The notes: generated by a model from the letters alone, not told the origin. A stretch of 64,000 bases of DNA from Azonexus sp. (GCA_030824535.1 JAVBXO010000022.1:1138-65137), one strand, 5' to 3'. Positions 1 through 10,170 are shown, numbered from the stretch's first letter. Program-made: numbers and translations.

Positions 1-66
1 GCCGAGCGCAATGTTTTCGAAATCGCAGAAAAGCGCCATGCTGGCGGTGTCGTTTTGTGCTGCCAT
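1..66 (-). CDS. NYN (LabA/DUF88, PIN-like) domain protein, N-terminus only (runs off window)
   Basis: Manual translation from ATG at 66: MAAQNDTASMALFCDFENIALG. The AhFxDxEN motif is typical of the NYN N-terminus. Confidence 0.75.
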   Translation of the reverse strand, partial: MAAQNDTASMALFCDFENIALG

Positions 67-93
67 GAAATGCTTTCGACTAAAGGATGCAGG

Positions 94-121
94 AGTATAC
101 CGCCCGGCGGCGCCTTGTCAG
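94..121 (-). promoter_or_regulatory. Putative sigma70 promoter for the NYN gene
   Basis: CTGACA-N16-TATACT on the minus strand, about 30 nt upstream of the ATG. Confidence 0.45.
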
Positions 122-231
122 AGCTACGTCTGCGTCACGGCACCCCGGAAACGGACCAGGGCGGCAGCGAAACAAACCGAACCGAGCAAGGTCATCCAGC
201 AGTTCGACCCGCCCGGACGACAAGCAGTTGA

Positions 232-756
232 TCAGTGGCTACACCACGGCGCCACCCCATCCCGACCGCGCCATTCCGGTACCTGCAGGGTACTGCGCAC
301 CAGACTACTTTTACCATCAAACAGCACCGAAAATCGTGCGAGCCTGTTCCAGTCATCGCAAATCAACCATTGCCAGGCCAGTTCATCACGTGCCTCGTAA
401 TAAACCGTCCAGACTGGATTCGGCGGACCAAACAAGCGCAGGATGGCGTTCTGGTCATGCTCGCCCGGCCGCACCTGCGCAAAGCGTTCGCTGACGAGGG
501 CATTCTCGATACGCGCCAGGCGCTTGTCCGGCGCCAGATAAACCATGTAGGTATGCACGCCCATCGGCCCGCGCGGATAAGCCAGTTGCTCGCTGCCATC
601 GGCATCCTGCCAACGCATTGCCGGCGGACCCATTTCGGCGATCACCTCGTTGACACTGGCCCCCCCCGCTAGCAAACGATGACCATCATACGCAACACAT
701 GCCGACAGACACAAAATCATCGAATGGAGCCACACTCCCGCAAGCAAATGACACAT
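232..756 (-). CDS. Putative lipoprotein with SmpA/OmlA(BamE)-like repeats
   Basis: Hydrophobic N-terminus with lipobox LSAC. Two repeats of the V/IxxxxGxP...W/Y type (EVIAEMGPP; AILRLFGPP). Confidence 0.6.
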   Translation of the reverse strand: MCHLLAGVWLHSMILCLSACVAYDGHRLLAGGASVNEVIAEMGPPAMRWQDADGSEQLAYPRGPMGVHTYMVYLAPDKRLARIENALVSERFAQVRPGEHDQNAILRLFGPPNPVWTVYYEARDELAWQWLICDDWNRLARFSVLFDGKSSLVRSTLQVPEWRGRDGVAPWCSH

Positions 757-928
757 TATTCTCTCCCTATCGTTGAATTACGCAGTAAAAACGGGCAGTC
801 TTTGCAAAATTCGATAAAACTGCAATAGATGCTGGCGACAAGCAATTCATCCGGATTGTCTCAAAGGTGGACAGCCCGCCCCCGGGAATGGCAAACTCGC
901 GCGCAGAAACCAACAAATGGAATACGCA

Positions 929-2041
929 ATGTCAGAAGCAGCACCATTCATCATTTGGACTTTTCGCCGTACAGGCGGCACGAATCTAAGTAGCGCCTTG
1001 TTTGACCGCTCAAGCTTTGAAAAATCCCAGCATGAGCCATTCAATCCCGAGCGGCAATTTGGCAAGGTAACGAACGACTGGCTGGAAAATCGCGACCCTT
1101 CTGCCATGCAGGCAGCCGTCGAGGAAATTTGCCAGCGTCGTGTGGTCATGAAGCATTGCCTGGAAATCATTCCTGAAGAAATCAATACTGCCCTGGCCAA
1201 AGCTGCTATCGCCCAGGGCTACCGCCATGTTTTCCTTTATCGCCGCAATTCCCTGGACCGCCTGATGAGCCTGCACTTTGCCAGCCAGTCAGGCGTGTGG
1301 GGTAAAGAGCATCTCAAGGACGGCCAGATCGATGAGGAAATATTCCAGCAAGGCATCCCTGTCCAGAAACTGCTTGCCCACGAGTCGCATTGCCGGACGG
1401 AAATGCTGCGCATCTACAATCTTTTGCGCAAGGAAAACCAGCAACCACTCGTGCTGGCCTTTGAAGACCTGTACCTCAACCCCAGCATGAGTGAAGCTCA
1501 ACGACAGGTATTAAGCACACTCCAGGCACTCAAACTCGCCAGCGACAGCCAGCAGGATCTGGCTTTTGCCGAGAAGGTGCTGACTGGCGGGGAACAGGGT
1601 ACACGCAATCATTACACGCGCTTTGTCGATTACGAGCACCTCTCCCAGGCACTGAATACGCTGGGTGACTTTGAAGTTGGCGCGACATCAGGGGTGGAAA
1701 TCATCATGCCTGCCACCCCGGTGAAAGAATTGCAGAAGCTGCAGATCTGGCCCGCACGCAGTGATGTTCAGGCGGGAAGCATCGTCCTGGAAGGGGTTGC
1801 GCTCCTGCCAGCTGGCGCCAGCCCGTCCCATACACTGCTGGTCACTCATGCTGGCGGGGAAAGCATCGCTGACTGGAGCCTGCCATCACCCAAGATTGCC
1901 GCCGAGTTTCCGGCCAATCCCCATGGAAAATCTGCCCGCTTTGTTGCGTCCGGCATCATCTGCGGCAAGCAGGCTTGTCAGCTGATCCTGCGTACGCCGG
2001 AAGGCAAAATGGTCGAACTGGCCCGGATCGAAGCCCCCTGA
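929..2041 (+). CDS. Sulfotransferase-like protein (Stf0/P-loop sulfotransferase fold) with C-terminal extension
   Basis: N-terminal FIIWTFRRTGGT (5'-PSB-like loop), HEPFN, LYRRNSLDRLMS (3'-PB-like), LAFEDL. Start could be 917 or 929. Confidence 0.6.
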   Translation: MSEAAPFIIWTFRRTGGTNLSSALFDRSSFEKSQHEPFNPERQFGKVTNDWLENRDPSAMQAAVEEICQRRVVMKHCLEIIPEEINTALAKAAIAQGYRHVFLYRRNSLDRLMSLHFASQSGVWGKEHLKDGQIDEEIFQQGIPVQKLLAHESHCRTEMLRIYNLLRKENQQPLVLAFEDLYLNPSMSEAQRQVLSTLQALKLASDSQQDLAFAEKVLTGGEQGTRNHYTRFVDYEHLSQALNTLGDFEVGATSGVEIIMPATPVKELQKLQIWPARSDVQAGSIVLEGVALLPAGASPSHTLLVTHAGGESIADWSLPSPKIAAEFPANPHGKSARFVASGIICGKQACQLILRTPEGKMVELARIEAP

Positions 2042-2068
2042 AATAGCGGCAGCGAGTGCAGCAAACCG

Positions 2069-2112
2069 AAAGCGAGCCTGGCGGAAAACCAATTCCGCCA
2101 GGCTCGCTTTTT
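2069..2112. terminator. Bidirectional intrinsic terminator between convergent genes
   Basis: AAAGCGAGCCTGGCGGAA-aaccaa-TTCCGCCAGGCTCGCTTT(TT), an 18-bp perfect stem. Confidence 0.85.
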
Positions 2113-3469
2113 ATACGCCGCTTTGAAAATTCCTGGCCATTTCTCCCAGGTGTTTCAAATAAATCTGCGAGATCAGTTCAGGCTGAAAACGGTTGATTAC
2201 CGGTGCAAAACGCGTCAGGAACTTGAATTTCAGCGCCAGCAAATCGTGGCTGGCCGATTTGTTGCTGACCGCCGATGGTCGCGGCGTTAACTGCACCAGA
2301 ATTTTCTCCAGAACTGTCGTCGTATAACGGGAGAAAAAGCGCAGATTGAACTCAAGATCCTGGTGCCGCCGATAAGTCTCGTCAAAGCCCCCCAGGGCCA
2401 GAACTGCCGCTCGCCGGTAAGTCATGGTGTTGGTATGCAGATAATGCTTTTCGTAATCGAGCAACAATATCTCAAGACTCAGATCCCCGCCCCGGTAGCG
2501 ACGCTGGTCATTGTACGAAGAATTCCAGCCCAGATAGCCGCAGTAGACCGCTCCGCAAGATGCCGGGGAATCACGTAGAACAGCGATGCTCTCGCGCAAG
2601 CGTCCTGGCAGGTAAACGTCATCATCATCGAGAAACGCGATGTATTCTCCAGTCGCTTGCAACAATCCGCTGTTTCTTGCCGCTGCGCCATTGCGATTAC
2701 GCGCGTGGGCCAGGAAATTGATCGACACCTGCGGATATTTTTTCCGGATAGTCGCGACAATCGCTGCCGTTTCTTCGCGAAACGGCGAACCCTCGCCGTT
2801 ATCGTCGACCACGATGATTTCCTTGTCCAGAAAATCCTGGCAAGCTACCGATTCGAGGGCATTGCCCAGATTGTCCGGGCGCTTGTAGGTCGGGATGATC
2901 ACCGACACCCGTCCCGCGACAATGGGTAATTTCGGCATTTCAAGTTGGCGAAATGGCGAAATATTCTCTGAACACCTCCCCTGCACGAAAGCCAAATAGC
3001 TATCGATATCGGCAGGCATGAAAGCCCTGCCGGGCGCCACGGTCAATAGATGGTCACATGGCGGAAAGCGCAAGGCCTTTTCCGGTACGACCAGCCTATC
3101 GGCCGCTGTATCGAACCAAGCCTTGTCGTGTATCGGCCGCAAACCATCAGGGGTACAACAAAACATCGACACATCGCAGGTCGCAGTGCGCAAGTCAAGG
3201 TGAGCGAAGGGCCAGTCGCTGAGGTTGTCAGGCGCGGACAGCAAAATCGACAGCCTGGGCGGTGACAAGCGAATTGCTTCACTGCTCAGTCGTCCAGGCT
3301 GGGCAAGCAGGCGACGACATTGCTGCAGGTTGTAGGAAAAACCCCGTTCCCCATAACGCTGTGCAGCCAGCTGGTAATAAGCATAAGCACCAGCGATATC
3401 ACCACGCCGAAATAGCTCGGCTGCACTACGAACGATCATGTCGGCTTTCGGGGATTTTCTTTGCAACAA
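2111..3469 (-). CDS. Family 2 glycosyltransferase with N-terminal TPR-like helix pair
   Basis: VSVIIPTYKRP, IIVVDD, NGAAARNSG, YIAFLDDDD (DxD), GGFDE...HQDLEF. TTG start is uncertain. Confidence 0.88.
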   Translation of the reverse strand: MLQRKSPKADMIVRSAAELFRRGDIAGAYAYYQLAAQRYGERGFSYNLQQCRRLLAQPGRLSSEAIRLSPPRLSILLSAPDNLSDWPFAHLDLRTATCDVSMFCCTPDGLRPIHDKAWFDTAADRLVVPEKALRFPPCDHLLTVAPGRAFMPADIDSYLAFVQGRCSENISPFRQLEMPKLPIVAGRVSVIIPTYKRPDNLGNALESVACQDFLDKEIIVVDDNGEGSPFREETAAIVATIRKKYPQVSINFLAHARNRNGAAARNSGLLQATGEYIAFLDDDDVYLPGRLRESIAVLRDSPASCGAVYCGYLGWNSSYNDQRRYRGGDLSLEILLLDYEKHYLHTNTMTYRRAAVLALGGFDETYRRHQDLEFNLRFFSRYTTTVLEKILVQLTPRPSAVSNKSASHDLLALKFKFLTRFAPVINRFQPELISQIYLKHLGEMARNFQSGV

Positions 3470-3481
3470 GGACTCAAAATA

Positions 3482-5143
3482 TCAGCTTATTTCTTGGGCA
3501 ACAGGCGGAATCGCGCACCCAAAACGCTGCAGGTGCTGCTCCAGCCCCTTGAGGTAGATCCGATGAATTTCCAGTTCCAGCTCATGCTCGCTGAACTCGC
3601 CCTCCCCGCTACCCGCCTGCCGTGCCTTCAACTGCTGGAGCAAGGTATAAGCCAGGGGGCTTTCCGGGTCGTAAACCAGGGCGGCAGCCATTTCCCGATA
3701 AACCTCGTCAAAAGCCCCTTGTCCAAGAGCCTTGGCCGCCTCCTGCAGAAGTTCTCCAGCAATCGCCTTTTTAAACTCCTGCTCGATGAATGCCACGTCC
3801 GCACGCAACGACAGTGCATGACGCAACGCCGATTTTGCCTGTGAAAACTCACCCAAGGCGACTGATGCCTGCCCCAGCCCAACCTGAGCCCAGACATAAT
3901 TACGGTCAATCGCCACGGCCTGGCGGTAATAATCAAGCGCCGACGCGGCCTCGTTTTGCAGCAGGAAAATTTCCCCCAAACGACAAAGCGGATGGATCAA
4001 GCCCGGCGAAATTTGTAGCGCCTCGCAATACGCCTCCTCTGCAGCCGCGAAATCACGACGGGAGAATTCGCCATCGGCGCGCTTTATCAAGTCCGGTAAA
4101 GCCTGCAGGCGGAGGGCCAATTGCTCCTTGGCGGCAGCAATGAGACCAGCAATATATTCATTGTTTGGCTTCAGTTGCAGGGCATTCTCATAGCACTCGA
4201 TCGCATCAGACCAGCGCTGAAGAGCCGCATGACAGTCACCAAGCCCGACATGACCCCAGGGATAAGATGGCTGGCACAGGGAAGCCTGCTGAAAAAGATT
4301 AAATGCCAGATCGCTGTTCTTGTCCACGAGCGCCATCGTGGCCAGTCGACAGAGCGGGTGAACAGCATCGGGGAATAATTCGAGCAACTGCTGATAAAGC
4401 TCCCGAGCTTGTACAAAATCACCCTTTTGATAAGCCAGATCAGCAGCTTTCTGGATTTCAGCAGAGCGTCCACGGTTAATACCCCGCGTGATTTCCCGGG
4501 ATATTTTCTCGATGGACTCATCATCCGGAGAAATTTGCTTGGCGACCTCAAGTGCAGCTTGAGCATCCTGCCACTGCTCTGCGCCAATATAACTTTGCGC
4601 CAGACCAAGATGAGCATTGAGATGGCGTTTATTCACGCCAATGGCCAGCTTGAAATACTCCTGAGCAGAAGCAAAGTCGTTCATACCCAATGCCGCTGTA
4701 CCCAAGCCAAGCTTTGCCAGAAGCGGCTTGTCATTAAGATTGTCAGCCGCCAGATAATTTGCAAAAGCAGAATCCCATTCCTTGAGGCTGACAAAAGCAT
4801 CACCGAGGCAAATATGAGCCCACGAGAGGTTGGGCTTGATCAGCAAGGCAGATGAATAAGCGTCGATTGCTTCCCGATACAGACCTCGCAAACGACAGAT
4901 ATCGGCCAAGCCCATCAAGGCCCAGAGGGCTTTTGAATCAAGCTTGAGGGCCTTCCGATAAAAATCCTCAGCCGTATCAGGATCTTTTTTCTGGGTATAG
5001 ATATCACCCAAAAGAATCGACAACTCGAGAACATCAGGGCTGGCTTCCTGTAACTCCAGAGCCAAAGTCTCGGCCTCTGCAACTTTTCCTTTCTTCAGAA
5101 ATTCCCGAGCTGCAATAATCTGCTTCTTTAAATTATTTTCCAT
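3482..5143 (-). CDS. Tetratricopeptide repeat protein
   Basis: More than 10 repeats such as LGDIY..AEDFYRKALKLDS, LADIC..AIDAYSSALLIKP, LGDCH..AIECYENALQLKP. Confidence 0.85.
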   Translation of the reverse strand: MENNLKKQIIAAREFLKKGKVAEAETLALELQEASPDVLELSILLGDIYTQKKDPDTAEDFYRKALKLDSKALWALMGLADICRLRGLYREAIDAYSSALLIKPNLSWAHICLGDAFVSLKEWDSAFANYLAADNLNDKPLLAKLGLGTAALGMNDFASAQEYFKLAIGVNKRHLNAHLGLAQSYIGAEQWQDAQAALEVAKQISPDDESIEKISREITRGINRGRSAEIQKAADLAYQKGDFVQARELYQQLLELFPDAVHPLCRLATMALVDKNSDLAFNLFQQASLCQPSYPWGHVGLGDCHAALQRWSDAIECYENALQLKPNNEYIAGLIAAAKEQLALRLQALPDLIKRADGEFSRRDFAAAEEAYCEALQISPGLIHPLCRLGEIFLLQNEAASALDYYRQAVAIDRNYVWAQVGLGQASVALGEFSQAKSALRHALSLRADVAFIEQEFKKAIAGELLQEAAKALGQGAFDEVYREMAAALVYDPESPLAYTLLQQLKARQAGSGEGEFSEHELELEIHRIYLKGLEQHLQRFGCAIPPVAQEIS

Positions 5144-5211
5144 AATTCACCAATAAACACCAATAGACTTAATTAAATTAAAACAATCCAGTGAAAAACC
5201 AGTTGATAGAA

Positions 5212-6951
5212 TCAGCCTCGTCCAGTCAAATGGGGCTTTAGCAGCTTGCTAATCAATTGCCGAGTTTCTCGCTCACTTTTCCGATAGCTCTCCAACAAAC
5301 CTCTTACTCGTTCACATTCAAGGAAATAAAGCTCCAACTCCTCCTGAACCTGATGCAATTGCAACAGCATCAATTCGCTGTCGCTTCTCAATTCCGAAAT
5401 TTGTGTTTCTTTTTCCGCCAGCAGAATATTCTTCTCCTTTTCGAGCGCAGCCTGTTTTTCAGCAAGCGCCTTCTGTGTCAAGAGATGGTTCTCGTGGCCC
5501 TTCTGGGCTTCATGCAGTTGCGCCTGCATGGATTTCTTTTTATTTATCAGCTCGACAATTTTTGCCTCTGCATTAGCCAGGGAATCAGATAGCCTCTTCT
5601 GATCGAGCAACAGAAGGTTTTTTTCTTTCTCACACAGTTCCAATTTGCCAGCCAGCGTTTTTTGCAACAAGAACTGCGTCTCACACTCCTCCTGGACCTG
5701 ATGTAATTGCAAAAGCATCAGTTCGGATTCATTTTGCAATTCAATTACTCGATCTTCATGTTTTTTCAGTGATACAGCCTGCGCATCATGGTTGGCAAGC
5801 AAATGTTTATTGTCCTTTTCAGCAGCCGCCAATTTTATTGCATTATCTTTCTGTAGCAGCGCCTGAACCTCCAACGACTCCTGCAATTGATGCAACTGCA
5901 ATAGAGCCAATTCCAACTCAGCTTGCACATCAATAATTTGCTGCTCCCGCTTGTTCACCAGATCAAGCTGTGCCTGCTTATCAATCAGACATCGCTCTTT
6001 TTCTTTTGCCAGAGCTTCCATATCAGCGATTATTTTTTTGTGTTCGGTCTGTTGGACCTTGGACATTTTTTGCGTTTTCAGTTGATCGGCCAATACCGCC
6101 TCGTGTCGCTCTTCCGAAATACGCAACTGCTGCGCCGCAATTTTATTTTTTTCCACCAGCTGCAGGGAGACCAATTGCTGCTCGAGAGCCTTCAGGGAAA
6201 GAGTTTTCAAGTCCAGCTCGGCGAGCTCTTTTTTCCTGATACCGACAGGAAGCGCTGCAGCCTCCAAGTTCAGGAATAATTGGTGACACTCAGGATAGGC
6301 CTGAGCTAGCGCTGTCAGCAGAAACTCTTCGTCGGCTGCAGCATCCTGTCCGAAATCGTTTGCTTCATTCAGGAGGCAAGCGAAAAATGCCTCCGGCAAT
6401 ATTCCCTTGGCAAAAGACTTGGATCCCTCCAGTTTTTTGCGTAATGCGGCAGCGGATTCTTCCGTTGTGTCATCAAGGCGAAGCAGCAAGGCTTTTTTGG
6501 GGTGAGCATGATAAATATCGAGGAACTTTTGGTGATAAGCCAGCCAGTTCTCCATCGCCTGACGAAGAGTCGTTCCCAAATCAGGTAAATCACTCTTCCC
6601 TTGAATGCTTTTCAGGACAGAGAGCGGACTTTGATAAAAAAGCAGATAGCTGCCAGCGAGACAACCATCCCAACTTTCATAAGTCCAGACCAAGGAAGCA
6701 TCGGCGCAAAAGAATTTGGTGTCAGCTTTCTTCCTGCCCCCCGCCGCTTCCGGCAAGATTCCGGCGATTTCTCCGGCAAGATCAATCGACCCGGATGATT
6801 CAACAGGCGTCCGGTCCTGAAGCTGTCGGGAGAGCCGATGCTGCACCTGAGAGATCTTTTCCGTAAGTGCTTCCGAGTTTTTACTACAAAAATTCGTAAC
6901 TTTATCGAACAAGGCTCCGGGCATGCCGGCAATCCACAAAGGCTTTAGCAT
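5212..6951 (-). CDS. Coiled-coil protein with ELMLLQLHQVQEE repeats and a degenerate sulfotransferase-like N-domain
   Basis: Long K/E/Q/L-rich heptad region with repeated SELMLLQLHQVQEE. N-terminal LLFYQSP...WLAYHQKFL segment. Confidence 0.6.
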   Translation of the reverse strand: MLKPLWIAGMPGALFDKVTNFCSKNSEALTEKISQVQHRLSRQLQDRTPVESSGSIDLAGEIAGILPEAAGGRKKADTKFFCADASLVWTYESWDGCLAGSYLLFYQSPLSVLKSIQGKSDLPDLGTTLRQAMENWLAYHQKFLDIYHAHPKKALLLRLDDTTEESAAALRKKLEGSKSFAKGILPEAFFACLLNEANDFGQDAAADEEFLLTALAQAYPECHQLFLNLEAAALPVGIRKKELAELDLKTLSLKALEQQLVSLQLVEKNKIAAQQLRISEERHEAVLADQLKTQKMSKVQQTEHKKIIADMEALAKEKERCLIDKQAQLDLVNKREQQIIDVQAELELALLQLHQLQESLEVQALLQKDNAIKLAAAEKDNKHLLANHDAQAVSLKKHEDRVIELQNESELMLLQLHQVQEECETQFLLQKTLAGKLELCEKEKNLLLLDQKRLSDSLANAEAKIVELINKKKSMQAQLHEAQKGHENHLLTQKALAEKQAALEKEKNILLAEKETQISELRSDSELMLLQLHQVQEELELYFLECERVRGLLESYRKSERETRQLISKLLKPHLTGRG

Positions 6952-7060
6952 TTAAAGAGGTTCCAACAAATTAGTTTAAACATGCCATCAATCCGCAGCG
7001 AACCAATGACCGGAAGCAATTAATAAAAATAGAATCTCGACCAGTAGCATCACTGATGAG

Positions 7061-7090
7061 AAAAATACCTGATTTAAAAATACCTGATTT
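7061..7090. repeat. 15-bp perfect tandem direct repeat
   Basis: AAAAATACCTGATTT x2 (7061-7075, 7076-7090). Confidence 0.9.
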
Positions 7091-7644
7091 TTTACCAGTC
7101 AGAACCAAGGCGCAGAGCTGTCTAATACAGGACCATGCAAGATAACTTGAGATGGGTCATCTTTGACAAATCCGGTAAGGATTGGCTGCAGCATCTGCCT
7201 TACAAATATCAGCAAGCGCTTGAAATCTAAAACGAACAGCAGCACACGACACCGGAATAATCAAGCTTGGCAAAAAAACACTCACAAATTCCCCAACAAT
7301 CTTTTCCCCGCCAGCATTAATTCATAAAACCCATAGAATCCATAACCAGGCACAACAAGCTGGCAAACAAAAACCATTCAAAAAAAGCAGATCAAAAGCA
7401 GAAAATCGGCTTCAAGCCTATGGAAAAATCATGCACGCAGATAAACAAGGTTCATGATGCATCTTCACATACGTAATAGTTTCATGAGCCAACATGAGCC
7501 TGTCCTGCCATATATGAAACCAGCCATTCATGATGTTACCTTAAGGCAGGGGGCTTTGACCATGTGAAGTAGCGCCGGGAACTGAAAGCGAAAGCCTGGT
7601 CGTGGATTTCTCAATCTTCATCTGACGCAAACGCGGAAGCCTTG

Positions 7645-8148
7645 CTAGCCAGTCCGCTGTTCGTCAAGCAAAGTCAGCCAGGCACCCAGGGTGGCCATGC
7701 TAATAAGCTTTTTCGAGAACAGGAAAGCCGCCTCGGAGTTTTGCTGGGCAGACAACGAGAGTGGATGCCCAAGCTCAAACGCATCACCGCGCACGCACAG
7801 GACAAACGCTGGCGGCGGTGCCTTGCCTTCGGTCTGATGATAGACCTGTAACACCGCTTCCGGCGCCAGGGCGTGGGTGGTGTGCGCTACTGCGGTCGAC
7901 GGGTGAATTCGGCTAAAAATGAACGGTGCCGGGGTGTTCATGCCGGCGTCGATGAACAGCGCCAGCGCCCGTCCTTGTAGATCCAGGGCATGCTCGATCT
8001 GCAGTTGAAAATCTTCAATCAGCTCGAACTGATCGGCCATGCCTGCATTTTCGAGCCATTTTTGCAGTCGACCGCAGATTTCCGGGCCGATGGCATCGTC
8101 GCCACGACTGGGGTTGCCGATGGCGAAAATCACCACCGGTGCGGTCAT
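7645..8148 (-). CDS. hoxW: Hydrogenase maturation protease
   Basis: GNPSRGDDAIG and FIDAG motifs; directly follows hoxH. Confidence 0.85.
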   Translation of the reverse strand: MTAPVVIFAIGNPSRGDDAIGPEICGRLQKWLENAGMADQFELIEDFQLQIEHALDLQGRALALFIDAGMNTPAPFIFSRIHPSTAVAHTTHALAPEAVLQVYHQTEGKAPPPAFVLCVRGDAFELGHPLSLSAQQNSEAAFLFSKKLISMATLGAWLTLLDEQRTG

Positions 8149-9608
8149 GATTGGCTCAGGCGATGCAGCAAGGCGCCTTCGGCGTCGAGCAGTTCCACTT
8201 CCAGCGGCATCTTGCCCAGGGCGTGCGTCGCGCAGGAGAGACAGGGATCGAAAGCGCGAATCGCGACTTCGATGTGATTCAGCAGCCCCTCGGTGACTTC
8301 CTTGCCGTGCAGGTAGCGGCGGGCAACCTGACGGATGGCTTCATTCATCGCCTGGTTGTTGTTGGTCGTCGAGACAATCAGGTTAGCCATGGTCACGATA
8401 TCGTTTTCGTCGACCTGGTAATGATGGAAGAGCGTGCCACGCGGTGCTTCGATGACGCCAACGCCTTCCATCTGCCGCTCGCCCTGAACCATCAGATCAT
8501 CGGACAGCAGATCCGGATCGTGCAGCAACTCCTTGATCACTTCGGCGGCGTGCAGCATCTCGATCATGCGCGTCCAGTGATAGGCCAGCGGCGCATGCAT
8601 CGGCGAGCCACCGGCGTAGTCGATGAATTCGCGCCGGGCATGCTCGGCGAAGGGCGTCGAGATCTGGTCGCAATTCTGCACGCGCGCCAGCGGCCCGACC
8701 TTGTACCAGCCATGTTCCTTGCCCAGCGCCTTGAAGAAGGGAAACTTCATGTAGCTCCACGGCCGCACTTCTTCCTCGATGACCTGCTGGTAGTTCTGGT
8801 AATCGACGTGATCAAAGATCGGCGTGCCGTTGTCGTCGCGGGCGCGCAGCGTGCCGTGGTAGAAATCGAGGTCGCCACCGTTGCCGACCAGGGACATGAA
8901 ATTGGAACGGAAGATGCCGAAGCTGTTGTACAGCGCCGGCGCCTGGGTATGCACCTGCTGGATCAACTGCACCGCTTCGCGCGACCACTGGATGATGTGG
9001 TAGATGTCCTTGAGCAGCTCGTCGCGCTCGGCGATGGTCAGGGACTTGTTGACGCCGCCCGGCACCGCCCCCGTGCCATGCACGCGCTTGCCGGCGGTGA
9101 CGCGGATGACTTCCTGGCCGAATCGGCGCAGCAGTACACCGCGCTTGGCGGTTTCCGGGTGCGCCATGGCCACGCCGACGATATTGCGCTTGGTCACATC
9201 GCTGTCGAAACCGAACAGCAGGTCCGGCGAACAGAGATGGAAAAAGTGCAGCGCATGCGACTGCAGCATCTGCCCGTAATGCATCAGGCGGCGCAGCTTC
9301 TCGGCCGCCGGCGTCAGTTTCTTCGCGCCGACGATGTGGTCGAGCGCCTTCGACGCCGCCAGATGATGCGACACCGGACAAATGCCGCACAGGCGCTGGA
9401 CCATGACCGGCACTTCCCAGTACGGCCGGCCCTGGATGAATTTTTCGAAGCCACGAAACTCGACGATGTGCAGGCGCACCTGATGCACCCGGTTCTGCTC
9501 GTCGAGCAGGATCGTCACCTTGCCATGCCCTTCGACGCGCGATACCGGATCGATGGCAACGCGGCGCAGCTTTTCCGGGTTTTGGGCGGTTTCCAGGTTG
9601 TAAGTCAT
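8145..9608 (-). CDS. hoxH: NAD-reducing [NiFe]-hydrogenase large subunit
   Basis: RVEGHG; L1 RLCGICP; L2 DPCLSCATH followed by a cleavable C-terminal extension. Confidence 0.95.
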   Translation of the reverse strand: MTYNLETAQNPEKLRRVAIDPVSRVEGHGKVTILLDEQNRVHQVRLHIVEFRGFEKFIQGRPYWEVPVMVQRLCGICPVSHHLAASKALDHIVGAKKLTPAAEKLRRLMHYGQMLQSHALHFFHLCSPDLLFGFDSDVTKRNIVGVAMAHPETAKRGVLLRRFGQEVIRVTAGKRVHGTGAVPGGVNKSLTIAERDELLKDIYHIIQWSREAVQLIQQVHTQAPALYNSFGIFRSNFMSLVGNGGDLDFYHGTLRARDDNGTPIFDHVDYQNYQQVIEEEVRPWSYMKFPFFKALGKEHGWYKVGPLARVQNCDQISTPFAEHARREFIDYAGGSPMHAPLAYHWTRMIEMLHAAEVIKELLHDPDLLSDDLMVQGERQMEGVGVIEAPRGTLFHHYQVDENDIVTMANLIVSTTNNNQAMNEAIRQVARRYLHGKEVTEGLLNHIEVAIRAFDPCLSCATHALGKMPLEVELLDAEGALLHRLSQS

Positions 9609-9620
9609 TTTTTACCCCAA

Positions 9621-10169
9621 TCAATCGTAATGCATCAGGCCGTGGCCCAGTTCCGGCTCGCGCCCGGCCAGCAGATCGGTCAGCACTTTCCAGATCGCAT
9701 CGGCGGAAGGCGGGCAGCCAGGAATGAAGTAATCAATCTTGACCACCTCATGGATCGGATGCACCTGATCAAGTGGCAAGGGCAGCTCCGGATCATTGGG
9801 AATCATGCCATTGGTCAGCCCGGGGCTGGTGTGATAAACCTCTTCGAGAATCGCCGCCAGCGACAGATGATTGCGCTGCGCTGGCAAGCCGCCGTTGATC
9901 GCACAGGCGCCGATGGCGATGAGGATCTTGCAGTTCTGGCGAAACTCGCGCAGCACATGCACATTCTCGGCATTGCACAAACCGCCCTCGATGATGCCGA
10001 TATCGCAATCCGGGCTGACATGCTTGATGTCGGTCAGCGGCGAACGGTCAAATTCGATGTGTTCGAGCAGCGTGAACAGGCGCTCGTCGATATCAAGAAA
10101 GGACATGTGGCAGCCAAAACAGCCAGCCAAGGACGTTGTCGCGACCTTGAGCTTCTTCTTTTCGCTCAT
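9621..10169 (-). CDS. hoxY: NAD-reducing hydrogenase small subunit
   Basis: SLAGCFGCHMS, GACAINGG, PGCPP. Start reassigned to MSEKKK at 10169. Confidence 0.93.
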   Translation of the reverse strand: MSEKKKLKVATTSLAGCFGCHMSFLDIDERLFTLLEHIEFDRSPLTDIKHVSPDCDIGIIEGGLCNAENVHVLREFRQNCKILIAIGACAINGGLPAQRNHLSLAAILEEVYHTSPGLTNGMIPNDPELPLPLDQVHPIHEVVKIDYFIPGCPPSADAIWKVLTDLLAGREPELGHGLMHYD

Positions 10170-10170
10170 T

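Noticed and set aside
7061-7500. Repeats as a possible CRISPR array or iterons
   Set aside because: Only two adjacent copies, no spacers, no cas or rep gene
8060-8080. Near-copy TGCAGTCGACCGCA of the intergenic palindrome
   Set aside because: Imperfect and inside hoxW coding sequence; plausibly chance
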